Assembly (NCBI GenBank): GCA_012295275.1
Contig: CM022671.1
Location: forward strand, 27,094,001-27,158,000
Origin: Chrysomallon squamiferum
Taxonomy: Eukaryota > Animalia > Mollusca
DNA length: 64,000 bases
Direction of reading: 5' to 3'
Shown here: positions 24,101 through 38,459 of the stretch, piece by piece
How the letters are laid out: each line of letters opens with the position of its first letter
Position numbering within the stretch: position 1 is the first letter of the stretch
Translations under genes and position numbers: made by a program
The notes under the pieces: model-generated
The model's database searches: none
What the model saw: the letters and a program-made list of their open reading frames with translations, nothing else
Told to the model about the DNA's origin: nothing

Positions 24101-27100
24101 TTACCCTGAATTATTAAAGTACAAAATTATTTAAGTTTTAAATAAATATTTTCAGTATAGAAAGAAAATAATTTCATTATTAATAATATAAAATTGAATT
24201 ATGAAAAATCAGAAACAAAGATAGATAGGGGAAATCTACTGTAATGGCATTTATGATACTGTTAGTTCATGTTAAAAACTAAAACAAAAACTAAAATTTA
24301 AAATTAAAAATTAAATACAAAACTATGAAGTGATTAAATTTCAATTAACATTGTTAAAGATAATTAGACTGAGAATAATTATGTTCTGAAAATTTAATTT
24401 TTTTCATATAGATTGTAACTTATTTTAGTTTTATTATAAGGCAGCTTTTAAAATAATTAAACTACATGATTTTCTATAGCAATTCCAGTAACAGATGACA
24501 GTGGATACCTAAAATGTACTGAATTCTCTATCTTTTAAACTGCATTTTCAAATTTGAACTTTCTATTTTGAGCTGGATCTTCCACAATAATTTTTTAACA
24601 GGGTATAATCTAAATGCATAATTATAATATTTCAACACAAATTGTCTGGGAACAGTTGTTAGGTAGTGTCACCACTTCTGTCTTAAATGGAAATAAAATT
24701 TGAAAAAAAACCAATAATAATAATAATTAAAAAAAAATACATACTTTCTTTGGAATACTGAAACCAGGCAATTCATTTCCATTGAAGTCTGACACAGCAT
24801 ATTTCACTGACTGTCTCACATTGTTGATGTGCTGCAACATTTCTGTGGCATCCAGTTTCTAAATGAAATCATTGTTGAATTAAAACGTTTTAACAATGTT
24901 GAATTTATATGATGAGCCATCCTTTTTTCATTATTATTAAGGGGGACATGTGGCAAAAATAAAAAATAGATATTTGTTATGTTACAAAGGTGAAACTTGA
25001 TGAAAATAATCCCTATTTGTTACCATAAGAAATTAGTACTACTTTTTTTTTTATGATAGTAAATATTTTATGAACCTCTCCAACCCAAACCAATATATAT
25101 ACATTGTCAAATCCAAATGCAAGTAAGAACACCTGCTAACCATAAATGTATTTTTTAAAATGCTTACAGAGTATGAAAAGTAAACTTAAAATTTTTATTT
25201 CCAATGAAACTACAGTAATGAGATACTTAAAAAATTTTTTTTTTTTTTTTTTTTTTTTTTATCTAAAGATGTTTTCTGGTTTGAAATCTGAAAACATTAA
25301 ATATACTGTATTCCCATCAAACTGTTATATTTTTTTTATATTCATAAAAATTATTAATTATTTTCATTTATACAGGGTATCCAGTGAGTCAGACAGGTAA
25401 ATCTATGAACTTTTTAAAATAAAATAAATAAAATTTCTTTACAATTTAAATTGTATGTAGTTGTGAAAAAACAGATACCACCACTACCACAGTTAATAAA
25501 TAAAATATTTCAATTTATTTCAGAAACTATTTAAACAAACCTTTGTAATTGCATCAAGACAGCCCCATGCAGCTAAAAGGACATCATTATCTGTCCGAGT
25601 GAAGAGGCCAATCAAAGTGCGGAACAGCTGGGGAATGTAGTCTGAAAAAACCAGCATTGTCTGTTTACAGAATGCATGGATGATAGTCACTGCTGCAGTA
25701 CACACTTTGTTATCTTCAGTCTTTGTGGCACTCATCAAGTCCTCCATTATTGTCCTGAGTCCCATCTGGTCTTCTATTGCCAAAACAACCGTCTTACAGT
25801 AAAACAGTTCCTGAAAGAGAGCAACAGATTAAAGAAACTGTGTCATTTAATAATGATTGTAATTCTTGTTACTCTTTGTTACTGTGAAAATACGATTTAG
25901 GTTTTGTTTTTATTATAGAATCCTTTAAATTCATAAATTTTTAAAATTTTATTTTGTAACTGTAATTCATGTTTGAATTTGATGCAAAATGTCTTACGCT
26001 AATATAGTGATTGTAAGAATTTTTTTAAAGAAATCTAAAAAATATAAATAAAAACAACAAAAGATTCAAATAAGGGAAATAACTCTTTTAAAATACATAC
26101 AGAAAAGATAAAGAAATATTTATTGGACGAATAATTAGGTCTATATTAAACATTACTAAACACTAAATAAATTAAAAATAGCAATTACATACAAGGAACA
26201 GATTTGTTCAAATTGCACTTATTTGAGTTAAAAAATAATTTTTAAACTATTATCATATGAAAAATTATGCAAATTATGTAAACCACTGGACAGGTGCAAT
26301 AAATGTACCATCATATATAAAGGTTTTATACAATGATAATACATGAAGTGGTGGTAAGTCTTGCTTTAGGGGTTACAAACAGACACTGTGTTGTCTAATA
26401 ATGTACCCTTGGGAAGGTCTGAGAGAAAAGCCAATTACTCTCTAGCAGGGAGTCCCTGTAATAAGGGAATGGTGCACCAGAAATAGGCTGTATGAGGTGA
26501 AAATGACAGGTGACTACCGTTAGGTATGATGTCTGGCACCTGCACTACAGTTGAAAGAGTACCATGGCTGGCTAAATAAGTTCGATTTGCAAGGTGGTAC
26601 AAAGTACCATAACTCAATTCAGACTACTCTACCATCACTTCTTTTTAAAAAATAAATAGTAACAAATTACTAACTAAATAAGTCTTGAAAAGTTTTTATC
26701 ATCTGATGAAAGCTTATTTTAACTTAAATTATCTCAACGGTTCTTTAAAAATGTACCTTTTAATAAAATCTCACAGACAAAGAAAAAAAATCCTATAATA
26801 ATGGTATTACCATTATTGCCATTATTATAAATCTGAAATACCTGTTCTTCTTCAGGTGTTCCAATCTTCTCGGCTAGTGATGACATCAAGGCAGGCAGGA
26901 TCTTGGCCAGATGTTTTGTTAAAGCATCACCAGCAACCGATGACAGAAGTGACAAGGCTTTGGTGTTTACCGGTGGGGCCGTTAACTGCATAACAAACCA
27001 TCACATTATTATAAGAGAGTGAAAACAAAATAATAAACTCCAGACAAAGAAACAAACATTTTCAAATCTAAAATGAGAAATATATATATTTTTACAAATT

Positions 27101-29215
27101 AAGACATTGTTAAGATTTCATTACTTTTTATATCAAATTAAAACACCAAATTGAAAAAGATATGAACCAGATTTAAAATGTAATTTCAGATCCCATGATT
27201 TAAAAGAATATATATAAAAAAACACAGATTACTTGACTGAGGGATAAATTGATTTCTTTCACAGTGCATTTAAAAAACATCAGTAGATATAAATAAATAT
27301 TGAAAACGCGAATATATGAGAAGAATAATAAACTAGGACTATACAGCCACCAGCAAAATAAAATGAAAGGTACTAATTATGAAGAAAATACCTGAGGAAC
27401 TAAGTATGGCAGAACAACTTTGCTTTTAACTGACATAACTTGTGTAAGGCCATCCAGTGCCATTTCATGCAATTCAGGATCTTCCTGTAAAAATATTAAA
27501 TTAATACTAGATGATTTTTAAAAATAATGTATCATGATAGAAAAGGATAGGATCAAAAAATAAATTTTACTTTTATCTAAACAAAAATGGTTCATATGGC
27601 TGACAGAATATCAGATATATTATCTAGTGGTGTATATGAAGGATACTGTTATATTTATTGAATTAATTCTTATAAGATGAATAGAAACAGGAAATTACTC
27701 TTACTTCTATCCTCAGAAATTCTTGCTGATATTTTATCAAATATGTTCTTGATAACTGTTATTTACATTAATCACAAACATACATTATTTTAGCACCAAA
27801 CCAGTTAGAAATTATCATTCATTTTACTGTTACCATTTCAGATTTAATTTTTGGTTCATTATTATTAATCCATTGTTATTATTTGGAAGAGTAGGACAAT
27901 GGCTAACCATTTTTTGGAGCAGATCTGGTAATATTTCATCGAGAGCTCTCTGGCCAATATTGTGGTGCAGATTGTCAAATGTGCGGGCAGCTGCTTCACG
28001 CACTTCGGGCAGAGTATCACAAAGAGCTCGGCGAACTGTAGGAATCAAACTGTCAGCAAACACCATCACCTTCAAATTCAAAATAAAATAAATAAAATGA
28101 AGTCAAGACAAGTCAAATGAAATAAAACAATTCAAAAAGTTTGTTTTTTTTCCTCAAAGTAATCAATAATAATAATAGTAATAATAATAATAATAATAAT
28201 AAAATAATAATAATAATAGTAATAATAATAAAATAATAATAATAATAATTTTTTAAAAAAGAAGAAAGAAATCTTGATAAAAAAACTAAAAATTTTTTTA
28301 GTAATATAAGAATTTTTTTTTTTTTCCTGATTGAAATAACCCACTCACTAAAATACAATTTAAATTTATTTCCTGCATCATCTGACAAAAAATCTTGTGT
28401 TTTTATGACAGATATCAAAATAAAATATTTATGTTAAACACTTTATCAGGAAGCCATAAATATCTCTCTAACCTAAAAAAAAAATAAAATAATGCAACTA
28501 AATGCTAAAACTCTCTGCTGACATGAAATAAATATATTTACAAGTGAACAGATTTAAAAAAAAAATGGAGAATAGTTTGAGACTATAAACTTTATCACTG
28601 TCAGCCAATCGACTAAGTTACTATGTAACTAATAAATGAAAAAGAGACTGTGTGACTTACATGTTCCTTGCTGGTGGAAGCCATGATCTCACTGAGTCCT
28701 ATACAAACACCTTGTCTCTGATCTTTCTCATCAGACTCCAGGCCATGTTCAAGAATGGGAATAATCTCTGGAAGAACACGTTCTCCTAGTTTTCTAACCA
28801 GGTCACCTAGAGTTCGGGCTGCAACCTAAAGCAAAAAAATAATAATAATAAAAAAAAATATATATATATATATATATAAAGGATTTTTAACAAATAATGG
28901 TATTTTTATTTTTTTTCATTATTAAATTTTTATCCTTCGTTTACATTTGGTGAAATATTTAGGACATATTATCCAGTCATCTTTTCTTCACTGTCTGAAC
29001 TATTATGCTTAAGTGAAGAAACAAAATCATAAATAAATAATTTTTAAAATAATGTGGCATTCTAAGAAAAAAAAAAATATATATATATATAAAAATTAAC
29101 TATAATAATAATAAAAATAAAAATATATAATCATAATAAATAAATATATAATTTGAAATAAAATATTTAAAGAACCATCAGTGTTTCCTTACAATGAGAG
29201 TATAATAAAAACATT

Positions 29216-29246
<31 letters not shown>

Positions 29247-32200
29247 CAGTAGATATATATATATATCAATACTGAAAACACGAAAATATGAGAATAATAA
29301 TAAACTAGGTCAATGAAAACTATATTTATAAACAAGAAATAAACTGTCTTACTGTTCTTTTGTCATGACAGGTGCTGGCCAAGCAGCCAAGTAGAAGTGA
29401 GAACATTGTTGGCAGGATTTCTTTCAGCATCTTTGGCGTGTTGCTCACAATGATCTTCCACACGTGCAGTGCAGACTGTCGTACGAGCAGAGCTGTGTCA
29501 GAGCGGCCCATGTACAGCCCAGCCAACACCCGATTCCTCCTCTCCTCACCCAGAGCCATCATGATCGACTGAAACAGTTACAAAACATTCTGAATCCGAA
29601 TATTCACATAACAAATATACTACTTCTGTGACAAATATTCGTATAACAAATATACTACTTCTGTGACAAATATTCATATTGTAACAAATATACTACTTCT
29701 CTGACAAATATTCATATAACAAATATACTACTTCTGTGACAAATATTCATATAACAAATATACTACTTCTATGATAAATATTTCATTATCACTGAATTAA
29801 TTAAACAAATTATTTTCTTGAAACAAATTCTGTTTTAAAAGTATTCTGTATCTATTATATATCAGATGTCATATTCAGATATCTGTTTATAGTTTATTCA
29901 ACAACATACTCCTTGTTGAGTGTCTGTGCCAAAGTTGTCATCATCTCCAGAACTTTCTGTGGTCATCTTGCCAGTCACACCTAAAACACAAATGAATATA
30001 TTTTGTTATAGAATACAATTTCTCAAAGATATCTTATTTACTAGTTTTCCACTCAATTTAACAATCGGTATTTACAGTGTAAATTGGTGCAAAATATTTT
30101 TAAAAAATGCCAAACTGATGAAAAAAACAACAAAAAAACCTATTTGCAAATGCAGGAACCCCTTCTTAATTTGATAATAATCCAAAACATTTTTATTATA
30201 ATTGCAATGAATTTATAATTAAAATAAATCTCATAACAGAACAATTAGTACCTGAAATCTTGTACAGCAGATCTCCTAGTAACTGCACAGAACTGTATCT
30301 GATTCTCCAGTTGTCATCAAACAAGCCGCGTTCTATCTCTGGCAGCAGCAGTTCTATTGCTGTGTCAGCAAACATGTTGATGATTCGCTGGCCAGCACGT
30401 AAAGCAGTGTCACGAACATACTCAGATTCATCAGCCAGAGCCTAAACAAAAAACATTTAGAATGAATAGATAATTTAACATTCAAAACATAAAATAATAA
30501 AGAAATTAGTTGTTGGGTGTCAAAACAACAGAAAGGAAGCAAAATAGTTGTATAAAATTAAAAACTTAAATACATGGAAAACCAAAAATAAAAAAACGTA
30601 CACAGAAAAGTAGATTTATAAAACAAAACAGTCTTTTTACTATCTTATGGTCTCACCAACTAAACTGTCAAATGTTTCTCGAAATGAAAACACAGGATGC
30701 CTTGGAAAATGTTAACTCCCTAAACCATATTAATAAATCTTACATCTCATTTAACCAAAATGCAGCTAACAACTAACCAAATTTATCCAAAATATATTTC
30801 ATAAAGTACTGTGCAAACCTTAAGAATTGATGGCAGGATTGGTCCAACAAACATGGCAAAGTCCTTGCCAAATGTTGCTGGAAGGTAAATGTAGGTCATG
30901 ATGTATCCATCGCGTACATGAGGAGCAATGTCGTCTTTCTCTGCTGTAGCAATGATATCTGGCATAACCTTCTGCAGTTTGTCCAGTCCTACACCTCCAA
31001 TCACTTCACTCAGACCTGGTATAACAAAATTTGTAATAGAAAGAAATAAAAATACATACTCTTCAGATCTAATTTCTAAATTTAAAACAGAATAATAAAG
31101 AATAAAGTTTATTTATGTATGAAGTAAATGTTTTGTTATTATTTTCCAATATGAAAATTTAAAGAAGGAGAGAAATAAAGGAAAACAGATGGAGGAAAAG
31201 AAATAGAGAGGGAAACTGGTAAAGAGACTGAGAATTAACTCCAAAGAGATATGCACTGAACTGAAGCAATTCACATTTGTAAACTTTTATTTTTATAAAA
31301 TGAGAAAAAGAAAGAATGTATTGTATATTTCCTCATGAAGAAAAACCTTACCTTGTGCTGCTCCTGATCTGTCGACTGAGCTGCTTTCAGAGACCAGTTT
31401 CTCCATTAGCCAAGGTAGCAAGTCATCAAAGCTACTCTCTCCCATCCCCTTCACCATAGCTCCAAGTGCCCTCGCTGATACACTTCTTACTTCTGGAACA
31501 GGATCCAGTAAACACTGCTTCAGTCCAGGGATCACAGATGGCAGATATGGAGATAAATCCTAGAAAAAGAAAAATTTATGCTTCCTAACTGTTTAAAATC
31601 ATTTACTTATTAACATTAATCTGAATTTATTTATTAAAAGTTAATAATAATTTTTAACTATTAATTTTTAAGTTAATGAAACAAATAAATTTCATCAGTT
31701 CAAAAAAAAAAAAAAAAAAAAAAATTCTTTACTGAAAGTTCACTTAGATATATGCCAGAAATTAATTCTGTAATTCTCAGTTTCAAAATTTGGGGGAAAA
31801 AAAACTAACTAAAAAAACAACAACAACTAAACCATAACATTAAAAAGCCAGTATGCTGATTACCTTTTGGTCAGTCAGTGAGTACATGTTTCCCATAATC
31901 TGTGCAGCCATTTTTCGTGTGTCTGTCGTGCGATCTTTGAAGGCTCTTTCTACCACTGGCATTATGAGAGCCAGAGATGGTGCATCAACAAAATGAACAA
32001 ACTTGGTGGCCAGCAGTGTCTGGAGACAAGTGGTTGTGTTCATCGTGGGTTCCTGAAGAGCACTGATCAGCACAGGAACAATGGCTGAAAGAAAAGAGAA
32101 TAAATTTTAAAAAGCAACAAAAAACAACAACAACAAAATAACAAAAGAATACCCCCAATATTGTCTTTCTTATATTTATTGAGATACAGATAATAAATAA

Positions 32201-35200
32201 GAGAATTAAAACAAAAACAAAAACAATGACAATCCTAAAATCCTTTTTGTCATACATTGAACAGAAAAGAGTTAAAATGAAAAGTGTGGAGTCCTCATTC
32301 TTAGCACATTTTACATAATAAATAAAATTATTGAACATCCAAGATAATATTTCTAATTTCAATTACCTTGAATTTCTGGATTCCTGATCACAGATCCAAT
32401 CTGCTTTATGGCTTGAGATCCTGACTTCTGAACTTTAGCATGAGAATCTGTAAGTACTTCAATCAGCTTGGGAACAATGCTGGGAAGACAGGCAGACAGC
32501 TGTTTGGGTGCACAAAATGCCATAGCACCAAGTAATTCAACAGAGCCTGAATATTATTTTTAAATGTTTCTATTAGTAACTATATATATAATGCCAGGAA
32601 CAAGTGAAAATACATTATTATTATTATTACTTTTTAAATTGTAACTATTTCTTTTAATAACTATATAAATAATTACATCAAAATATGTATCAGTAGCAAG
32701 TGAAAATATTTATATATATTTTTTTTTTTCAAATTATAAATATTTCTTTTAATAATTATATAAATGATTATATCAAGTAGTGCCAACAGCTAGTGAAAAT
32801 ATAAATATTTTGTTTTCAACAATATTATAACTCAAATTTCATTAAAAAAAAAAAAAAAAAAAATAATAATAATAAAAAAAACATTATATAAATCTATCCT
32901 TTGGTAATAAATTCAATATTCTTCAATATTACAACCAGTGATATCAAAGTTAGTTTACAATCTTTCCTGATTAAAATAATACACAAAGAAACATACACTT
33001 GCACACAGTAACAAAATCCATGTTATACAAGCAAGAAATAAAACTGAAGGTCACTTTATATCTGTAACCAAACATGAAGTTATAACAGACCTGTTTTAGT
33101 TCTCCAGGAATCTTCCTCCAGACCTCTCAACAGAGCCGGAAGAACAAGCTTGACACCATGTGCACTCAAGTTACGCATCACTGCTTTTGCACAATCATCT
33201 GCAGCCTAAACAAATTTCAATAAGTGTCATAATTTGATGTCATTATATTTCAAAGTATAATAATTTTTCACTGTTAAATATGTTTTTAATTATAAAAACA
33301 CACAAGTTTAGAACAGCACTGAATCACACATCGATAAAAGTTCCATCATGCAGGAAAAATTAATTTTAACATAGTTTAACATAATGAAGTTTAAATATGT
33401 AAAATCTCTTAAATGAATTTTTTATCTTACTATTATTATTTTTTTTAATGATTTTCAAGAAAATAGCTTTACAAATTATTGACCTCTCTCAGTTTAATAA
33501 TACATTGGCTATTACTTAAGATATCTAACTTACCTGTCTAACATACTGGCTATTGTCTCCAAAACAGAGCAACAAGTGTTGAATAATGTTAACTATGTAA
33601 GGCTCAAACAATCTACCCAACATGTTGCAGAGCATCTCAAAAGCAAACAAAGCTCCTGAAAATTAAATAGTTATTGTTATTTTCTTTTTAAATCTCACAC
33701 ACAACAGTTAATTTTTAAGGGAATGCTGTTTTGTATGTATTTATATTGTATTTGTAACAATAGTGTGCATTAACAAAAACTGGCTGTGTTCTATATGTTT
33801 AAACTGTATACTACATTAAAATTTTGTTGTTTCTTTCTCCTTACTTTCAGTCACTTTGCCATTAAAATTTCATAGTTTAAACTTTTGGCTTGCATTTGTA
33901 TATTATTTTTCTCTGCAAGTTTCACTTGAGCATTATTCCTTATTAGTTAACTACAAGTACATCATTCTTCAATAAATAAACATTTGTCTGAATAACAATA
34001 ATTTCTACAATCCTTTTTAAATACCTTCTCTTTTTCTAGGATTTTTCTTGTCCTGAATGGCAGCTGTAAGAATGTCCATGACTTTCTGCTGTTTCAGAGC
34101 TAGAAGTCCCATTCCCTTGATTAGTCCAGCGAGGCCATAAGCAGCACCTTTTCTTTCTCCATAGTTGTCAGACTCAAGCAGCAGATGCAACAGTCTCTGA
34201 ACCAGATCTGGAGCATCCTGTTTGATTGAAGGCACTAGAGGAGGCAAACAGTTAGCGACAGCTTCTTGCACCTATATAACAAATAGATAAAGAAATAAAT
34301 AAAAACTACAATCTCTTAATCCATAAGAACCAAAAAAAATTAATAATAATAAATAATGAAAATAATAATAATAAAAATAATAATAATATTGATAATAATA
34401 AGCCAGAAAACAAAAAAATTCTTTTTTTGGGGGGGGGACATATTATTAATCAGAATTATTAAGAATAGGGCAAATAATAATATGCAGATTTTTAGTCAAA
34501 TTTATTACCTGTGACAATAAAACATCAAAAATTATTCAAGAAAATGTTGACATGTCAAAAAAAGAAACAGTGAAATGTGACGGGCTCGTTTTAAAATTAT
34601 GAATCTAACATTAATTCATTTTAACCATTTTTATTATGATAAAAAAAAAATATTAAAAAATTAAAAATACAGTGTTTAAAAAAAAATAATATCTCTCATA
34701 ATTTACATTTAAACTAAAAGATTAACTAAAAAATATAATGTTTTATGTATGGATATAGAGAATAGAGACGGAATTGTCCATAAGATAACGTTTAAAATCA
34801 GAACAGAAACTTGCCTCCTGTGATGGAGTGGACAGTGCACTGATCAGCTGGGCTACAATGGGTTTCACTTTGGGATTGTCTGAATCAAGATGCTTGGCCA
34901 AAGTTCCCATCAGGATTATTATGCTCTGACGTACTGTGTCATTCTGAGCAGTGTCAGGTGCAGTGGCGAGGAAGTTCTCAAACACTGGCAGCAAGATGTT
35001 AACATTGTCCTGAAAACAAATTTAAAACACTTCAGTGATGTGTTAACAATAAAAGAATGCTTCAAACTTAGAAAAAAAACAAAACTTTAGGTGATCTGAA
35101 ATTATTTTCAAGACAATAAACTTTCGTGAAAAACTGGTTTACTTGTGATATTTTAAAGAATCTAACTTTAGATATTGGAAATAATGTTTATATCAATATA

Positions 35201-38200
35201 TAGAATTTATATATTTTATTTTAACCAAAAGTTTTAGTTTTTGATTTAACAAAAAATATTAAAAATAAATAAATAAATAAAATATGACATTATGTTACAC
35301 TGATACATCTGCTGTTTCAAAATGGACAGACTGGTTATGGTACCTTTCCATGGAAATTTATTATTGCCAGTGCTGCATCCCTCATCTGTGAACGGACAAC
35401 AAGAGAACGATCACCAAGAGCTTTAGGAACATAGAAAGAGAACAGTCTGGAGATTTCATCTACTGGAACAAGTGGAGCCATCTTCCCAAGAGCAAGTGCA
35501 ATGCCTGATCTGGCACACCACATATCTGGAGGCTGTTCTTCAAGAAGACGTCCAAACTGATCCAACTTTGGAGGAGGAAGCTAAAGATCAAATCAGAAAA
35601 GTGATAGATTAATGTTCATTTCTGTATTTGTAATAAAACCATTGGTGGGGTTGGAAAACAATATAAATATCTTAATTGAAGTATATATTTTTTATATATA
35701 TATATGCGATTTCACAAAATTAACAGTGGATATGTTAATAAGATTGATAATTAATCAATTAAAATTTAATTATTAATTCAAGAAGATAAATCTTTAAGAG
35801 GATTCAATGCCACAAGCACTGTTCTTATCTTAACTGTTACAACAGATCTTTCAGTTTAATTCTTTTATTTCTAATAAATAATATTACTTACATAAAGTTT
35901 TTCTTCATATTTTTCAAGGAGCTGTTGCAGAATGACTGGAACATGTTCTCTGTGAACTTCCAGTACTTGTGACAGGGTGTCTGATGCTGCTTTCCTCACT
36001 ACTTCCACATTATGGATGATGTCTTCAACGACAGCTGCTGGTAAGTCATCGAGTGGATCTTCTAGATTCAATTCTTCACGCACACTTAATGAAATAAATT
36101 ATAAAAAAATAATTAAAAAAATATATATATATAATATAAAATATAATGATCCAAATTGAACTTAATTTAAAGAAATAAAAAAACAAACCAAAAAAAAAAA
36201 AAAAACAAAAAAAACAACACTATGTAAACAGAGATAAATACATATATTTTGATTTTATATTAAAATGTTTATTTTATCAAAGATGCAAAAATTATTTTGT
36301 TATTAAATTAAGTAAGAAAAGAAAAATCAAACTTTTTTTTTAACACAAATTAATAACTAATTTTCTAATAATCAGTTTTTAATTTTTTTTATATAGGCAG
36401 CTGCTTAATAAATAGGAAAAAAAAAAGAAGCATATATATATTTCTGAACCTGAAATTAAAACTTCTTAAAAAGAAATATACAAAAACATTCAAAGTAAAA
36501 CAAAAAACATACCTTTCTGCTAACTTTCTGATATGTTCTTCATCATCATTGCATGCAATCCAAATTCGGCTAGCTATTTTTAGACCTAGCTCAAAGTTAC
36601 TATCTATATTTGGTAAAACATCCACCAAAGCCAGTAAACACTGTAATAAAAATATTTTGTTATTTTGGGGTTGTTTTTTTTTGGGGGGGTTTCAAAAGAG
36701 AAAGGAAAAAAAAGAAGAAATAATGTGAGTTTATTATGAAGGAATAAATACCATATATTTGATTTTAAGTTATAAATTTAATTTAGAGATATCTAAATAA
36801 TGGCTTTTTGGTGAAACCTTCTGATTTTACTTAGGATAAGGTTAAGAAAGGAAACTTGCTTACTATGGCTGTTTCTACAAATCAGCAATATCGAATCCTT
36901 TATAAGCATCTTTCTAGAGTGCAAAGAACAAACTTACAAACACATATTTCTTTTACCTGCTGTTTATTTAACAAATACCTCAACATTTTTAAACTTTGTA
37001 GAAAAATAATTTCTCTTTTAGATATAAAAAGATGCAGTTTGAAATTTAATTAAGTGTTAAAATTAGGTGCAATAAAAAAATTATGATGTTTAATTAAATA
37101 TTAAAACAACAGACCCGCAATGAAGCCTCTCTCACTGCAATACATGGTGACTGGAGACCTTCCAGAAGCACAGTTATCTCTCCTTCTGTAACTTTGCCAG
37201 TTCCTGGTTTACCGTCTGCACTTTCTGCAACTGAAAGCAGTGCTGTGGAAGCTGCTTGTTGAACACTCCCTGACATTGTACTCAGAACATTTAGTACTAA
37301 ACTCAACAATTCCTTTCGTGGCAACAAATCCGGATCATACTGTTACAGATTAAAAAAAAAAAATTTAAATTAAATAAAAATATGCTGATAACAATAATAA
37401 TTACTATAACATGATACAACACACAAGGAATAAAATATAAAATTTGTTTAATCCATTTTGACTAATGATAATGAACTCATATGCCTAACTTAATTAAATA
37501 CAAAATAGAAGACACAAAATAAATAAATATTTAAAATCTGTTTTTAAAAGACAAATATTCATCTTTAACTGAAATAAAACCCATTCCACCTGAAACAATG
37601 AATTTTCAAAAAATGTTTCTCAAATATAATGCAAATATACCGTACCTCACTTCCAGTGAACTTATGCACATTGTCATCATCATCATCATCATCTGCTGCA
37701 ACAGCAGAACTTCTCATTAAGGAATGATCTGAAATGAGTTCCAGAGCAAGACAACAAATCTTGGTGTCACCTGATACAGTCAGGCCCGCATTCAACAACA
37801 CACAACGCAATAAATAATACACAAACGCAAAAGTATATCCGGGAAGAAGAGAAAGTTCTTTTTCTGTTTTCTCGTTTCCAAGACAATCACCAGTACCAGT
37901 TTCTTGAGCCAAAGTCATGACTAGTCGAGAGGCTTGTTCAGCCTCGCTTTCAGGAGTCCATCCTGAGCTGAGCTCACACACAGGATGCAACAGTCGTAGT
38001 GTGCCATTGCTTACCATGGAACCTGTTAAAAGAAATATGATTTAAAACTTTTAAAAAATCAACCTAATAATAAAGAATTCAAATTTAGTTTATTAAAAAT
38101 GTCAGCCAAAAATCATTACATTAGGATATACCACAGCATACCAGATCACTCCAGTCCATTATAAAACTGATTTATTTTTTATTATTATTATTTTTTTTTT

Positions 38201-38414
38201 TTTAAAATCACACAATTCCAAGTAATCTGATTTATATGGTTTAAGTTACTCTAAATGGTAAGAAGGAAGTTAATGATATCTAAATTTCCAAATTAAAATC
38301 TCCATTTATACTGAAATTGCTTGATATATTTGTATTAATTTACTTGATTTTTCCTCTTTTTTTCCTATTAGAAAGTCGTAAACAACAAAAGGAAAAAACC
38401 CACAAAATAATGTC

Positions 38415-38459
<45 letters not shown>

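Noticed and set aside
26362-26373. TTAGGGGTTA resembling a telomerase RNA template
   Set aside because: Four G rather than three, and the template would be at the wrong end of the island on the sense strand.
28113-28418. ORFs with poly-Y/I/L tracts (also 14037-14318, 17450-17704, 52170-52398)
   Set aside because: Translations of microsatellites and T-runs, not genes.
29599-29786. 35-bp repeats of CRISPR-like length
   Set aside because: Head-to-tail with no unique spacers, inside a eukaryotic intron, no cas genes: a minisatellite.
27873-30445. Plus-strand ORFs overlapping GCN1 exons (27873, 29372, 29920, 30260)
   Set aside because: Antisense shadows of coding exons with no independent gene structure.
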